From: Mobula hypostoma | Lineage: Eukaryota | DNA: 64,000 nt | NCBI RefSeq assembly: GCF_963921235.1 | Contig: NC_086097.1 | Coordinates: 69,566,001 to 69,630,000 of the forward strand | Direction: 5' to 3' | Shown: positions 37,761 through 50,220 of the stretch, in pieces | Layout of the letters: each line of letters starts with the position of its first letter | Position numbering within the stretch: position 1 is the stretch's first letter | Made by a program: the position numbers and the translations under genes | The notes under the pieces: generated by a model | Database searches by the model: none | Told to the model about the DNA's origin: nothing | What the model saw: only the letters and a program-made list of their open reading frames with translations

Positions 37761-39374
37761 TAGTTGCAAGAAAAAGTTTGAAAACCCCTTGCAGTTACCT
37801 GGTTTTCTGTATTAATTGCTCAGAAAATGTGGTCTGATCTTCATCTAAGTCACAATAATAGACAAACAGAATCTGCCTAAACTAATAACACACAAACAAT
37901 TGTACTTTTCGGTCTTTATTGAACACATTGTGACAGTCCAGGCTGGAAAAAGTATGTGAACCCTTGTATTTAGTAACTGACAGAACCTCCTTTAGCAGCA
38001 ATAACCTCCACCAAATTTCCTGTAGCTGCTGATCGGTCTTGCACAACGGCGAGGAGGAATTTTAGACCATTCCTCTATACAAAACTGTTTCAGTACATCA
38101 ACATTTCTGGGTTATTTTACATGAATAGCCCTCTTCAGGTCATGCCACAGCATCTCAATTGGGTTAAGGTCTGGACTCTGACCTGGCCAATCCAAACCAC
38201 AAATTTTCTTCTTTTTAAACTATTCTGTTGTTGATTTATGTATATTTCAGATTGTTGTCTTGTTGCATCATCCATCTTCTATTAAGCTTCAGGTGATGGA
38301 CCGCTACCCTGCCATTCTCCTGTAAGATGTCTTGATACAATTTTAAATTAATTGTTTCCTCAACAATTGCAAGTCGTCCAGGCCCTGAGGCAGCAAAGCA
38401 GCCCCAAACCATGATGCTCCTTCCACCTTGCTTCACAATTAGGATGAGGTTTTGCTGTTATCCTCCAAACATAGTAGTGTCTATTTCTGCCCAAAAGTTC
38501 AACTTTTGTCTCATTAGTCCACACAACATTGTCCCAGAGGCATTGTGGAATATCTAGATGGTCTTTTGCAAACTTGAGTCGTGCAACAGTGTTTTTTTGG
38601 AGAGCAGTGGTTTCCTCCGTCCGTGGTGTCCTACCATGAGCACCATTTTTGTTCAGGGTTTTTCTTATTGTGGACACATGAACAGAGATTTTAGCAAGTT
38701 CTCCAATCACAAACTGAGTTCTAGAGATTCCTGCAGGTCGTTTGTTGTTACTTGGGTTCTTTTTCACCTCTTTCAGTATTGCACGTAATGCTCTTAGTGC
38801 GATCTTTGCAGGACACCCACTCCTAGGGAGAGTAGTAACAGTACTGAATTTCCTCTACTTGGAGACAATTTCTCTTACTGTGGACTAATGAGCACTCAGG
38901 TCTTTAGAAATGCTTTTGTAGCCTTTTCCAGCTTCATGCATCTGTACAATTCTTCTTCTAAGACCCTCTGAAAGTTGTTTTGATGGAGGCATGGCGCACT
39001 TAAAGAGATCTTCTTGAGAAGAGCAGACTTTGTCAGTAAACCTGACTGTGTGTGTCTTTTTTTTATAGGGTAGGACAGCTCTACAGCCCAAACCTCCAAT
39101 CTCAACTCATTGATTGGAACACCTGACTCCAAATAGCTTTTGTCGAAGGCATTACCCCAGAGGCTCATATACTTTGTTGCACGTAGACTGTGATTGTTTA
39201 AATGGTGTACTCACTATTGATGAGAAGAAGTACAATTGTTTGTGTGTTATTAGTTCAGGCAGATTGTGTTTGTCTATTATTGTGACTTAGATGAAGATTA
39301 GACCACATTTTAAGAGTAATTAATGCAGAAAACCAGATAATTGCAAGGAGTTCACAGACATTTTCTTGCAACTG
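37761..39374 (-). mobile_element. Tc1 DNA transposon with ~200-bp TIRs, degenerate
   Basis: TIRs TAGTTGCAAGAAAAAGTTTG... and ...CATTTTCTTGCAACTG|TA. Transposase pieces MPPSKQLSEGLRRRIVQMHEAGKGYKSISK, WDNVVWTNETKVEL, KQGGRSIMVWGCFAASGPG, MQQDN. Confidence 0.94.
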
Positions 39375-39693
39375 TATGTCAATCATTGAAGGAACATGTT
39401 ACTGGCGTGCCCAGCAAATTACCCATCACCATAGCATTTGTAAAGTTGGTGGTTAACTGGAATTTTAGCAAACATTCCCACTTTGGAATATTAGAATGGC
39501 AAGAATTTGATATTTAGGCCTGGATGCTGCTTTGAGAATTTCTTGCATTGATGTCCTGGCACTGAGACAATGTGACCTTTTTAAAAAACCACAACTAGGG
39601 TCTGAACGAGTTGTGATGGTTTTTTTTTCTCTGTTTCATTTGTCGAGCATCTTTACAAAATTCACTATTGACATTTAGTATTTAATTTTACAG

Positions 39694-39921
39694 GTACTTG
39701 AACTTATATGTACTCGAGAATCAGGAGCAGTATTTGAAGCAGGAGGCTTAAATTGTGTGTTAACCTTTATCCGGGATAGTGGCCATCTTGTGCATAAAGA
39801 CACACTACATTCTGCAATGGCTGTAGTTTCCAGACTTTGTGGAAAAATGGAGCCTCAGGATTCATCACTTGAAACTTGTGTGGAGTCCTTATCTAGTCTA
39901 TTGAAACATGAAGATCCACAA
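39694..39921 (+). CDS. HECTD1: HECTD1 coding exon 3
   Basis: [101 protein letters not shown]; 228 nt. Confidence 0.98.
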
Positions 39922-40019
39922 GTAAGTAGAATAAAGAATCAAGCATTCACATTTATCTGATAATCTAGGTAGTAATCTTAAAAAAAAAATCTGGATTGAT
40001 TGTAGCAACTTTAATAGTT

Positions 40020-40625
40020 TTCTCATTCTCATTGAGCACCTTTGCTCCATCCGTTGCAAAAGACAGAATCTCCTGGTTTCAATTTGACTTCTTATTGCAA
40101 CGTATCTGTCCATGGCCTCTTCTATTGCCACAATGAAGCCACACTCAGATTCCATCTGAGTAGCTCTCAACCTTATATCATGAAGATTGATTTCTTTAAC
40201 TTGTGATAATCTATCCCCACTCTCCTTTTCCCTTCTATTTATCCATTGCCTATTCTGGTTCTCCCCTCACTCATCACCTCCTTATGATGCCCCTCCTTTC
40301 CTTTCTTCCATGGTCCACTGTACTCTCCTAATGGATTCCTCCTTCAACTCCTTACCTCTTTCACCTATCACCTCTCAACTTCTTATTTTATCTGCCATTC
40401 TTCCACCACCCAACTTTCTCTCACCTGGTTTGCCTTATCACATGCCAACTTGTACAGCTCCCCCTCCTACATTTTTTTTTCTGGTTTCTGCCCCTACCTT
40501 TCTAGTCCTGATGAGAGATCGCCGCCTGAAAAATCTCCATAGATACTACTGGACGTGCTGAGTTCCTCCAGCATTTTTTTGAGTTTTGCTCAAGATTTCC
40601 AGCATTGCAGGATCTTCTGTGTTTA
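40020..40625 (+). mobile_element. Penelope-like element 3' end (GIY-YIG C-terminal remnant, pyrimidine-rich spacer, terminal repeat with decayed hammerhead)
   Basis: Decayed EHL.SI..., SVHGL.YC..EAT, F.L.S.QP..M.IDF.N motifs at ~40030-40200. GTCCTGATGA at 40505 and TGCTGAGTTCCTCCAGCATTTT...CCAGCATTGCAG follow. Confidence 0.7.
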
Positions 40626-40918
40626 TTTCCATACTTCTTTTCAAAATGTGTTCTTGCTGGGCCAAGATCCTTTTCTTTCCTCTGAGGAATAAATGTTGGC
40701 CTGAAGTTGAGATAGTTTGATTTTATTATTGGGATGAACAGGAATCAATTTTAAACCAAAACTACTTTGTGCTTTCCAGAAAGATTCTTTAAGCCTTTAC
40801 TTGTGCGTGGTAATTCAGCAGCAGAAGATGGGATTTTACTTTGACTGCTATCTTTGTTTTTATTTTGAAGTCACATAAGTTTACTCCAAATAGCAGTTGT
40901 GTCCTTTCTCTATTTCAG

Positions 40919-41203
40919 GTGTCAGATGGAGCTTTGCGTTGCTTTGCTTCGTTGGCAGATCGATTTACTCGGCGTGGAGTTGATCCAGCTCCATTGGCAA
41001 AACATGGATTGACTGAAGAGCTTCTTTCTCGTATGGCAGCTGCAGGTGGTTTAGTGGCAGGAGGGTCCTCATCTGCTTGCAAGCCTGGCCGTTCTTCTAC
41101 AGGAGCGACTCCTAATGCAGCTGATTCTAAACTTAGTAATCAAGTATCAACAATTGTTAGTCTACTTTCAACACTTTGCAGAGGCTCTCCTGTTGTGACG
41201 CAT
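40919..41203 (+). CDS. HECTD1: HECTD1 coding exon 4
   Basis: [58 protein letters not shown]...[35 protein letters not shown]; 285 nt. Confidence 0.98.
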
Positions 41204-41793
41204 GTAAGGATTCAGCTGTTTTAACATCCTACTCAGCCATAGTTCTACAGTAATAAAAGAAAAGCAAGGGATGGTTGCAACAGATTTGCATATTATTTTG
41301 CTTTTTGGAAAAGAAGTCACAAAGCTATTGTTTCATATGCATTTTAATTGGAGAATGTTGCAGATGTTTCTAATTGGAGAATGTTGTAGTTATTTCTAAT
41401 ATAGATTATAAATGTAAACAGTACTTAATTCACAATCAGAATTCCATATTATAATTTGCAATTGTAAATTAATATAATTTATATTTCTGTGTCAATTATC
41501 TCAAAATTCTGATTGAACAATTTATATCCAACTAGTAACTTTAAAAAAACTTGTAAATTTACTGAAGTGAGATTTCAAGCCCAATATTCGCCAAAGTGGA
41601 GATATGCAAACAGAATGCTTTATCAACTTTGGTTTTATATAATATGTTTTTGTAATTCAAATTAAAGCAGTTACCTGTATTCTTGGGCCATAGAAAGCCA
41701 TGGTTAATGAGGTTTGTAAAGCTTATTGCCCTGTCCTCACATTTGTTGTTTGATTTCTTCATTAGCAGATATTAATAGACGTTTTCCCCTTAG

Positions 41794-42064
41794 GATTTAT
41801 TGAGATCTGTACTACCTGACTCGATAGAAAGTGCACTACAAGGTGATGAAAGATGTGTGCTTGACACGATGCGATTGGTGGATCTACTTCTGGTATTACT
41901 TTTTGAAGGACGTAAAGCTTTGCCAAAGTCTAGTGCTGGTTCCACGGGTAGGATCCCTGGCCTCAGGAGGTTGGACAGTTCTGGAGAGCGTTCTCATCGT
42001 CAGCTTATTGATTGCATTCGTAGTAAAGACACTGATGCATTAATAGATGCCATTGATACTGGAG
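41794..42064 (+). CDS. HECTD1: HECTD1 coding exon 5
   Basis: [44 protein letters not shown]...[22 protein letters not shown], phase 1; 271 nt. Confidence 0.98.
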
Positions 42065-42154
42065 GTAAAATAATGTTTGCTGAGAGGGAATTACTTTTGT
42101 TGTCAAGATTTTTTTTTCTCCCAATCTAATTTTTTTCCCTTTTTTTTGCATTAG

Positions 42155-42231
42155 CTTTTGAAGTGAACTTTATGGATGATGTGGGTCAAACCCTTTTGAA
42201 TTGGGCTTCAGCTTTTGGAACTCAAGAAATG
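42155..42231 (+). CDS. HECTD1: HECTD1 coding exon 6 (ankyrin repeat start)
   Basis: CATTAG|CT TTT GAA; (A)[34 protein letters not shown]; 77 nt. Not in the ORF track. Confidence 0.97.
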
Positions 42232-42421
42232 GTAAGCAAATCCTTCCATCCACTTTTGAAAGTCTGAGCTCCTATGTAATAAATATTTCATGTGAAGGAT
42301 AAAATTAATATCTAATACAGTACCTGTCATCCTTTTGGTCAAATTAGATACAAGCTAGGGACAAAAGTATAATGTTACACAAAGTATTGTGTAGGAATAT
42401 CTCATCAAACTATCTTTTCAG

Positions 42422-42520
42422 GTGGAATTTCTGTGTGAGAGAGGTGCTGATGTCAACAGGGGTCAGAGATCCTCATCTTTGCATTACGCAGCTTGTTTCG
42501 GAAGGCCACAGGTTGCAAAG
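42422..42520 (+). CDS. HECTD1: HECTD1 coding exon 7 (ankyrin repeat)
   Basis: [56 protein letters not shown]; 99 nt. Confidence 0.97.
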
Positions 42521-44175
42521 GTTTGATTGATTCTTCTCTTTGAGTTAATTGTTGTGAACAAGAGTTTAATTGATGGAGGAAAGACAATGTGATATGAAGT
42601 CTAGATACATTTCCTGATATGTTTATTCACATGTCGTTATGAAGCAAAAGTTTGACAAGAAAATGGGATGTAAAGAGGGCACTAGCAAAGGTCGAAATTA
42701 AGCAAGGGTTCTCTTCATTGCTGACTGTGGATTTCCATTGGAATTATGTTTGCGTGAATACTGTGTGAGAGTTCATTTAAATAGCTATGGTCTAGTTTCT
42801 CTATGAATTACATACTTGTCATCTATACAGATGTATTCCAGCAAAAGAGTTAAGGGACTATATGGGAAAAAGAACTGGAAGAATTTGGAGCAATTATTGA
42901 AGATTGTTAAATTGTATTATTATATTTTGCAATTGTGTTTAGGTTTTTCAAATTATTACATAACATGACAAGTGAAGGGATCATTTAGGTTGAGGTACTG
43001 TGGACCGATTTTCTAGTAAACTTTGAGGATGGATATTAGCTCTTTGAAGTGAAAGAATAATCAAAGATTACTGGTATGTTTAAAGAAACCTATTTGAGAA
43101 CTATAATCATATTTTTGATATGATGACTGAAAGGGTAGATAAAATAATAGATTTTTAAAAATGCTGAGTCTTACTATTTTTTCTGATAATGTGTTTCATT
43201 CTTTAAAAAATCACGTATTTATCATAGGATTAAAAAGTAGATTGGGTCATTAGTTTAGGGACAAAAAACTGCTCCAAAGAATAAGAATGGTTGGATGCTA
43301 CTTAGATCAGACGGGTACATAATATGATGCAATCCGGGGTCATTGTTGGTTCTCTCTGTTTGATGTGGATTAATAAGATATTCACATTTTATTTTGACAC
43401 AGAAGCAGGGGTTTAATGTGGCAATTCAGTTTTTGAGGGTAGCTTTTCAGATTGCAGAAGGTGCAATGATTATACATAATTGGAAAGAAACTTTGCTCTC
43501 CCCATCATATAGCCATAGATAGTGTATGGTTTGAACACATCAGGGTAGTACCAGATACTGGAAACCATGAATGAGAAGAAACGCAATATTTAGAATTTTC
43601 ACCCTTGCACACTGAAATGTTACTTAATGAACTGTTAAAATGAAAGTATCTTATTGTGGTACCCAAGTTGTGAAGTTGTTTTATTAGCACACTTTAATTA
43701 TCTTAAACCTATGCCCAATTTTAATTTTATAATCCATTCTAAGCGTTGAATTATGTTTCCTTCTATTCTGCCTTTCTGTATTTATTATCAATTGTAGAGC
43801 TGGGAACAATGCAGGAATAAGGAACATTTGAAAACCAGCCATAGATCTGTATAGCTACAGACAGGTCAACTTTTTGTTGTGGGCATTTGAAGGTGCTTGC
43901 TTGCCTTTATGTTTTCACTCCTGTGTAGATTTGTAAGTGGTCAGTTGTTGTACGATTACATGCTGATCAAATCAACTCTATTTTTCCCCCCACTGAGAAT
44001 TTAAAATTGTTCATTGATGGTTAATTTCCAAACAGGAATGTTTATTCAAGTGTATCAGACAAAATTTTGTGTATTTATTATTTATATTTGAAAAACATTT
44101 GTTTTGCATATTAGTCAATGGCAGGAGCTTTTAATTTATGAAATACTTAAAGGTTGCTGTTTTCATTTTTGCTAG

Positions 44176-44290
44176 ACTCTGTTAAGACATGGAGCAAATC
44201 CAGATCTCCGTGATGAAGATGGTAAAACCCCTCTGGATAAGGCACGAGAGAGAGGTCACAGTGAGGTTGTGGCCATATTGCAGTCTCCAG
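44176..44290 (+). CDS. HECTD1: HECTD1 coding exon 8 (ankyrin repeat)
   Basis: [59 protein letters not shown], phase 1; 115 nt. Confidence 0.97.
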
Positions 44291-44747
44291 GTTTGAAATC
44301 TTAGCAGATTAAAATCAAAATATTGATTATTTGAATTCATTTGAGATAATAATGATTTCTGCTTTGGAATTAATTGAATTTTGAAAATTAAAATTTATTG
44401 AATTGGTTACATGATAGGGTCACTTTTTTTTTAAGCTCCAAGGAACTTAAGCCTGTTGTTCTACTCAGCAACTTAACTTAAACAACTCTATCTGTTTGTG
44501 TAATAGCTTAAAATAGTAACACTTGCTAGAATCTCAGGAATATTTTTGAATAAAATCTGACACTGAACAGTGTAAGGAAATGTACAGGTAGAGCTTTTAA
44601 GGGGCATCTGAATCAAGGAAGGAACACTTTAGAGAGAAAGTTCCTGAGCCATGCCATTCTGTTCCTTGGCTTTAAAGTTTCTCCCAGTGGAAAAGCTTAC
44701 AAACTCTCTTAACAGAAAGAAACATGCATAAAATGTATTGGTTTCAG

Positions 44748-44922
44748 GAGACTGGATGTGTCCTGTAAATAAAGGAGAGGATAAGAAAAAGAAAGATGCT
44801 AACAGAGAGGATGAAGATGGAAATGAACCAAAAGGAGATCCTGAAATGGCCCCACTATACTTGAAAAGATTGTTGCCGGTTTTTGCACAGACATTTCAAC
44901 AGACAATGTTACCATCCATCAG
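44748..44922 (+). CDS. HECTD1: HECTD1 coding exon 9
   Basis: GTTTCAG|GA GAC TGG; (G)[57 protein letters not shown](R); AG|GTGTGT, phase 2; 175 nt. Confidence 0.97.
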
Positions 44923-45752
44923 GTGTGTATTTCTTAAAATCTCCATCCTCCTTTGGAAAGACTAAGAAAAAAAAATTAAAAGTTTTTAACATGCAAATCG
45001 ATCATTGTCTAATATGAAAGTGTAATCAATAATGAGACAATCACATGTACTTACTGAAGTTAGATACAACTGCAGGAACTGGTACATAAGCTTATTTAAG
45101 ATTGTATAATCTATTCATTTTAAATATAAGTGTGTTAGTTCATTCTCCAACTGTAGATTTATGATCAACCTAATATGAGTCTTCGCGAACCAACTGTGTA
45201 ACATACCAAGCCAGTCCCAAGGGAGTGTACCTTAAGTTAATAATGTTCATGTGGCATTCTGTTGTATATTTTTAATGCAACTTCATGTTGCTTGAAGTCC
45301 AAATAATTTTATGGATTTGATTAGTTTGTCTGAGGATTTGTTCCTCTGCTTCTGTCACTGATGGACATATTCTATTTATGTTTGCAAAGCATTGTAATTG
45401 TCCTTCTCCCGCTATGGGCAAGTCACTTGAGTGAAGTGTTGAAGACAGGAACATGTGCAGTTTTGTAAAATACAAACTAGTAATTGATCTTCATCATCGT
45501 TATATGAAAATTATATAACATTTTATTAAAAGCATTTCATATCACAAGCTGAAATTATACCTGCTGTGAAATTGGTCTTGGCACTTCCTATTAACATTAT
45601 TGTGCCTAACAATCTTTTTGGTATCAGATGTGCATCTAATGACATCACAATTGGTGCAATGTTTCATACATTCATATGTTGCACAGGACAGGAAAATGAG
45701 ATAAGGGGATAATGTAAGATTCTCATGTAGTGATTCCTCTCGAAAGCAAGTA

Positions 45753-46612
45753 CAATGGATACCAGTAAATTGGGACACACTGGGCCCACTACGCTTTAGC
45801 CCTATTAAGTGGCTGCCCCAATTAGCTAAAGTTTCAAAATACAAAAAAGACAAACTTGGTAACAAATTATGTATTTAAGTGAAATACAGAACAGATTAGA
45901 ACGCTATCAATACCACTACAATACTATAAAACAATGTATCAGTTTCCGATAGTTAACCAATAGAGGAATCTCCAGCATACACTGCAGTGTTCTTTTGATT
46001 GACTGTAAATGAACAAAATCAGCGAGACATCCAGTATAGATAATGGACTGTCTTCATGCAGTCCTTTCAATGATTGCATCCTCCAAATCTTCATTCTCAT
46101 TGTAACATTCAATATGATTGTCAATTCCTTCAGATTCTTCTTAGTTCCTAACTTGAAGTAGTGAAATCATTTTATTTTCACTCCTGGCTGTTTCTAGTAT
46201 CTCCAAGCCTGAATGGTTGGCATTGAGCAGAACAGTTCTGAATTGTCCTACTGCTTATTTCTCACCAACTATCAGTGATAGAAATCTCTGCTTTTTGATC
46301 ACAAACACACACAACTGAATCTACTTAAAAACTGTTCACTCTAAGCACTTGTAATGCTACTGTGACACTGTAATTTCTTTTGGGATCAATAAAATATCTG
46401 TCTATCTAGTGTCTAACGGCCACACAAGTGCATGCAACTAATGCCACTAAGGAACTGTTCAGCAACTGTCTCCTGTCTTAATTAAGTGGCATAGTGTCCC
46501 AAATGAGCAAAAATAATCTCAGCTATTTTCTTGATTATTGTTTGTTCTTTAAGAGTTGTCCTAAATAAGCAGCTGTCGATTAATGGATGGCCCAATTAAT
46601 CAGAATTCACTA
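45753..46612. mobile_element. Tigger/pogo-type non-autonomous element (copy 3, both ends present)
   Basis: TA|CAATGGATACCAGTAAATTGGG and CCCAATTAATCAGAATTCACTA ends. Body homologous to 4850-5875 and 7649-8135. Confidence 0.8.
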
Positions 46613-46717
46613 CATAGCATTTTGGATACTGTTGGTGGGATGACCATTCAGCAGTAGCCAGGACTGGCTCTGAGATTCAGTAGGGAAAGGGGAAGGCAGA
46701 AAGGACTGTAATTATTA

Positions 46718-47240
46718 TAGGAAAGATGTCAATAAAATTGAGAGAGGACAGAGGAGGTTTACTAAAATGTTGCCTGGGTTTCATCTCCTGGGTTACAGAG
46801 AAAAGTTGAACAAGTTAGGTCTTTATTCTTTGGAGCGTAGAAGGTTGAGAGGGGACTTGATAGAGGTGTTTAAAATTATGAGGGGGATTGATAGAGTTGA
46901 CGTGGATAGGCTTTTCCCATTGAGAGTGGGGGGGTGGGGAGATTCAAACAAGAGGACATGAGTTGAGAGTTAAAGGGCAAAAGTTTAGGGGTAACATGAA
47001 GGGGAACTTCTTTACTCAGAGAGTGGTGGCTGTGTGGAACGAACTTCCAGCAGAAGTGGTTGAGGCAGGTTTGATGTTGTCGTTTAAAGTTATATTGGAT
47101 AGATATATGGACAGGAAAGGAATGGAGGGTTATGGATCAAGTGCAGGTCGGTGGGACTAGGTGACAGTAGGAGTTTGGCACGGATTAGAAGGGCCGAGAT
47201 GGCCTGTTTCCATGCTGTAATTGTTATATGGTTATATATG
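46718..47240 (+). mobile_element. CR1 LINE 3' end with (GTTATATG)n tail, inserted in an older CR1 ORF1 fragment (~46620-47480)
   Basis: ERL.KLGLYSLERRRLRGDLIEVFKIMRGIDRVD...GNFFTQRVVAVWNELP. The flank at 47240-47420 reads like CR1 ORF1 esterase (VMIGDLIV.G...CCLLGAGVQDV). Confidence 0.88.
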
Positions 47241-47839
47241 GTAATGATAGGGGACTTAATAGTTGGGGGATGGGCAGGAGATTCTGTGGCAACAAAAGGG
47301 AATCTTGGATGGTTGTTGCCTACTTGGTGCTGGGGTTCAAGATGTCACAGAGTGGCTACAAAACATTCTTAATGAGGTGGGGGGGGGATGGTGGTGAGTT
47401 GCCAGAAGTTGTGCACATTGGCAGAAGTTACATATGTAGTGAAAGGGCTGCTCAAGAAGGAAGTTGGGAAATCAAAAGGGTGATATGAGATAACTTTGGC
47501 AGAGAAGTATAAAGAAGCTCCAAAAATACTTTATAAGAATATTAAGGGGAAAAAAGAGTACTCGAGATAGAATAGGGCCCCTTAAAGACCAAAGAGGACA
47601 CCTTTGGAGCCATAGAAGATGGGCAAGGTCTTTGCTTGATGGAGACTTGGCATACCTTATCTTACATTTCGGATGCAGCACTGCAGCCTGAGAACTTCAC
47701 CACCCATAACATAGGCAGAATCGTTGAGTTTCTTAAAGGTAAAGGAGTAGAATAAGGTTCACGATTAACTCGTTGTGGTACGTAGACGTTCTGATTCAGT
47801 CAAGCGACATTCATTTTATCTGCCAAGGGAGTTTTCTGC

Positions 47840-49045
47840 TGTCATCATGGTAGTAGTGTACATTCCACCCTGACCATCAGGCAGGCACTGGAGGAGCTGA
47901 GCACCACGATCAGCAGCCCCAAAACAACACACCTTGTTGCCTTCCTGATCATTGCAGGAGATTTCAACCAGGCCAGCTTGAAGTCTCTGACCAACTGCCA
48001 CCAACCAATCACCTGTGGAAACTGAAGAGCCAACCTCTTGACCAGAATTATACCACCATCAAGAATGCTTATCATGCCATTCCATGCCTGCACTTTGGCA
48101 AGTCCGATCACCTGGCTGTACTCTGCTCCCATCGTATAGGTAGAGACTGAAGACCGTAGCACCAGTAGTGAGGACCAAGAGAGGCGGAGAAGTACTTACA
48201 GGACTGCTTTGAATTGGTGGACTGGACAATATTCAGGGATTCATCTTTGAATCTGAATGAATATGGACATTTGTCACTGACTTCAAGACCTAAATGGATG
48301 AGTGTGTACCTTTGAGGATATACCCAAACCAAAGCCATGGATGAGCCATTAATTCACAATCTGCTGAGGACGAGGTCTGTGGTGTTCGACTGATCATCCA
48401 GAACTACACAAGAAGACCAGGTATCTACTGAAGGCTATTTTAAGAAGGGAAAAATCAATTCCGATTGAATTTAGAGATGGAGTTGATGCAAGTCAGCTCT
48501 GGCATGGTTTGCAGGACATTACTTTCTACAAAGTGAAATCTAACATCATGAATAGCTGTGACGTTTCACTCCCAGATGAGTTCAATGCTTGTTATGTACG
48601 CTTTGCAATGGAGAATAAATCTAATCCACAATAACAACCTTGCATTAAACATCAATAAGACCAAGGAATTGATTATAGACGTCAGGAATTGAGGGAACAC
48701 CCAGCAGTCCTCATGGAGGGATGGGCAGTTTAATGAGTGAGTAGTTTCAAGTTGCTGGGTGTCAACATCTCTGAAAATCTATCCTGTGCCAAGCATATTG
48801 ATGGAATTACAAAGAAGGCAGAACATCATCTATATTTCATTAGGAGTTTGAGAAGATTTGGTATGTTACCGAAGACTCGCAAATTTCTACAGGTATACCG
48901 TGGAGAGCGTTCTAACTGGTTGCATCACCATTTGGTATGTAAGGGTCACTGCGCTGGATCAGAAAAGCTGCAGAAGGTTGCAAACTCAGCCTGCTCCATC
49001 ATGGGCACTAGCCTCCCCAGCATCGAGGCCATCTTCAAAAGGCAC
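47840..49045 (+). mobile_element. Rex1/Babar LINE, internally deleted (endonuclease and C-terminal RT pieces)
   Basis: VVYIPP..., IAGDFNQA.LK, FGKSDHL.V.L.P, then SSFKLLGVNISENLS.AKHI..ITKKA..HLYFIRSLRRFG...FYR.TVESVLTGCITIWY. Confidence 0.85.
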
Positions 49046-49053
49046 ATAATAGG

Positions 49054-49286
49054 TGTGTGTAGAGAAATCCAGTCTGTAGAGAATTTAGAAATCCACTCAA
49101 CATGATAATGCCATGGAGCAGGTGGATGGAGTGGGGGAGTGGTGTGAAAGTTAAATTTCTCTACACACAAACACATTGTATGTAGAGAAATCTAGTCTGT
49201 AGACAAACCTAATTTTCACACCCCTCCCCCTCCCCACCTCACCCACCTGCTCTACAACATGATCATGTCGAGTGGATCTCTAAATT
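49054..49286. repeat. Imperfect foldback (inverted repeat) with an internal direct repeat
   Basis: 49082-49169 is complementary to 49177-49286 (AATTTAGAAATCCACTCAACATGAT / ATCATGTCGAGTGGATCTCTAAATT). TGT.TGTAGAGAAATC.AGTCTGTAGA occurs at 49054 and 49177. Confidence 0.8.
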
Positions 49287-50220
49287 GTTGTTTCCCTATC
49301 ATTTCAACTGTTGTGTGCTTTTCTACTGCCAGCCTATCATGAGGGTTTTCCTTTATTGCGTTGTTTTTCCTCTGCTATTGGTGCTCTGGAAAATGTGTGG
49401 TACACTGAAATATTGTTACACACTGTCTCATGTGGTATTGAAGTCATTAAGTTTCTAGATGAGAATCAGATGGTTGAACTAACACTCCAGAGACAGAAGT
49501 TGGAATTCACCAGAGCAGGTGTGGACTTTAAATTCAGTTGATCTGCAAGTTAGTAATAACAACAAAAAGTCAAGCTTTTAATAAAACATGCAGTAATGCC
49601 TTTTATGGAAGGAATTTTGTGAACTTCATTTGGTCTAGCAATTAATAAGCACAAGCCCACAGTGATGTGGTTGACTCTTAAATGCTTCTGAAGTAACCCA
49701 GCAAGCTACAAAGTTGTCTGAAATTGATATGTTACCTTCACCTAAAGATTTGTAATGATTTGGGTAAAATGATTCGCACTAGTTTATAATGGGCGCCTAA
49801 GGATATGCAATAAGTTCTGGCCTTTTCAACAAAACCCCATGAAAAAAAATGGTATTGGTATTTGTTAATTGTCACTTATGCCAAATTATATTGAAAAGTT
49901 TGACTTTCAAACAGTTCAAATAGATCAGATCATTACACAATGCACTGAGGTAGAACATGGTAAAACAATAATAATGCAGAATAGATTGCCACTGAGAGTG
50001 CAATGCAGATAAATTATAATTTCAAAGTCAAGTCCATCTTATTGTACAAGAGGTCTGTTCAAGAGTTTAATAACCCTGGGATAGAAGGCGTCCTTGAGCC
50101 TGGTGATACATGCTTTCAGACTTTTGTATCTCCTGCCCAATAGGAGAGGGGAAGATAAATATAGAGAAATTTAAATGGATAAATTTTTAAAAGTTTCTTT
50201 TTATTTCCAAACAAGCCACC

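Noticed and set aside
1915..41400. Short tandem duplications (1915-1960 CATTGCTGTAAATA, ~13532-13568 ATTATGGATAGGA, ~41345-41390 TAATTGGAGAATGTTG) as CRISPR-like or regulatory arrays
   Set aside because: Only two copies each, unrelated to one another, no spacer structure; simple local slippage in a eukaryotic genome.
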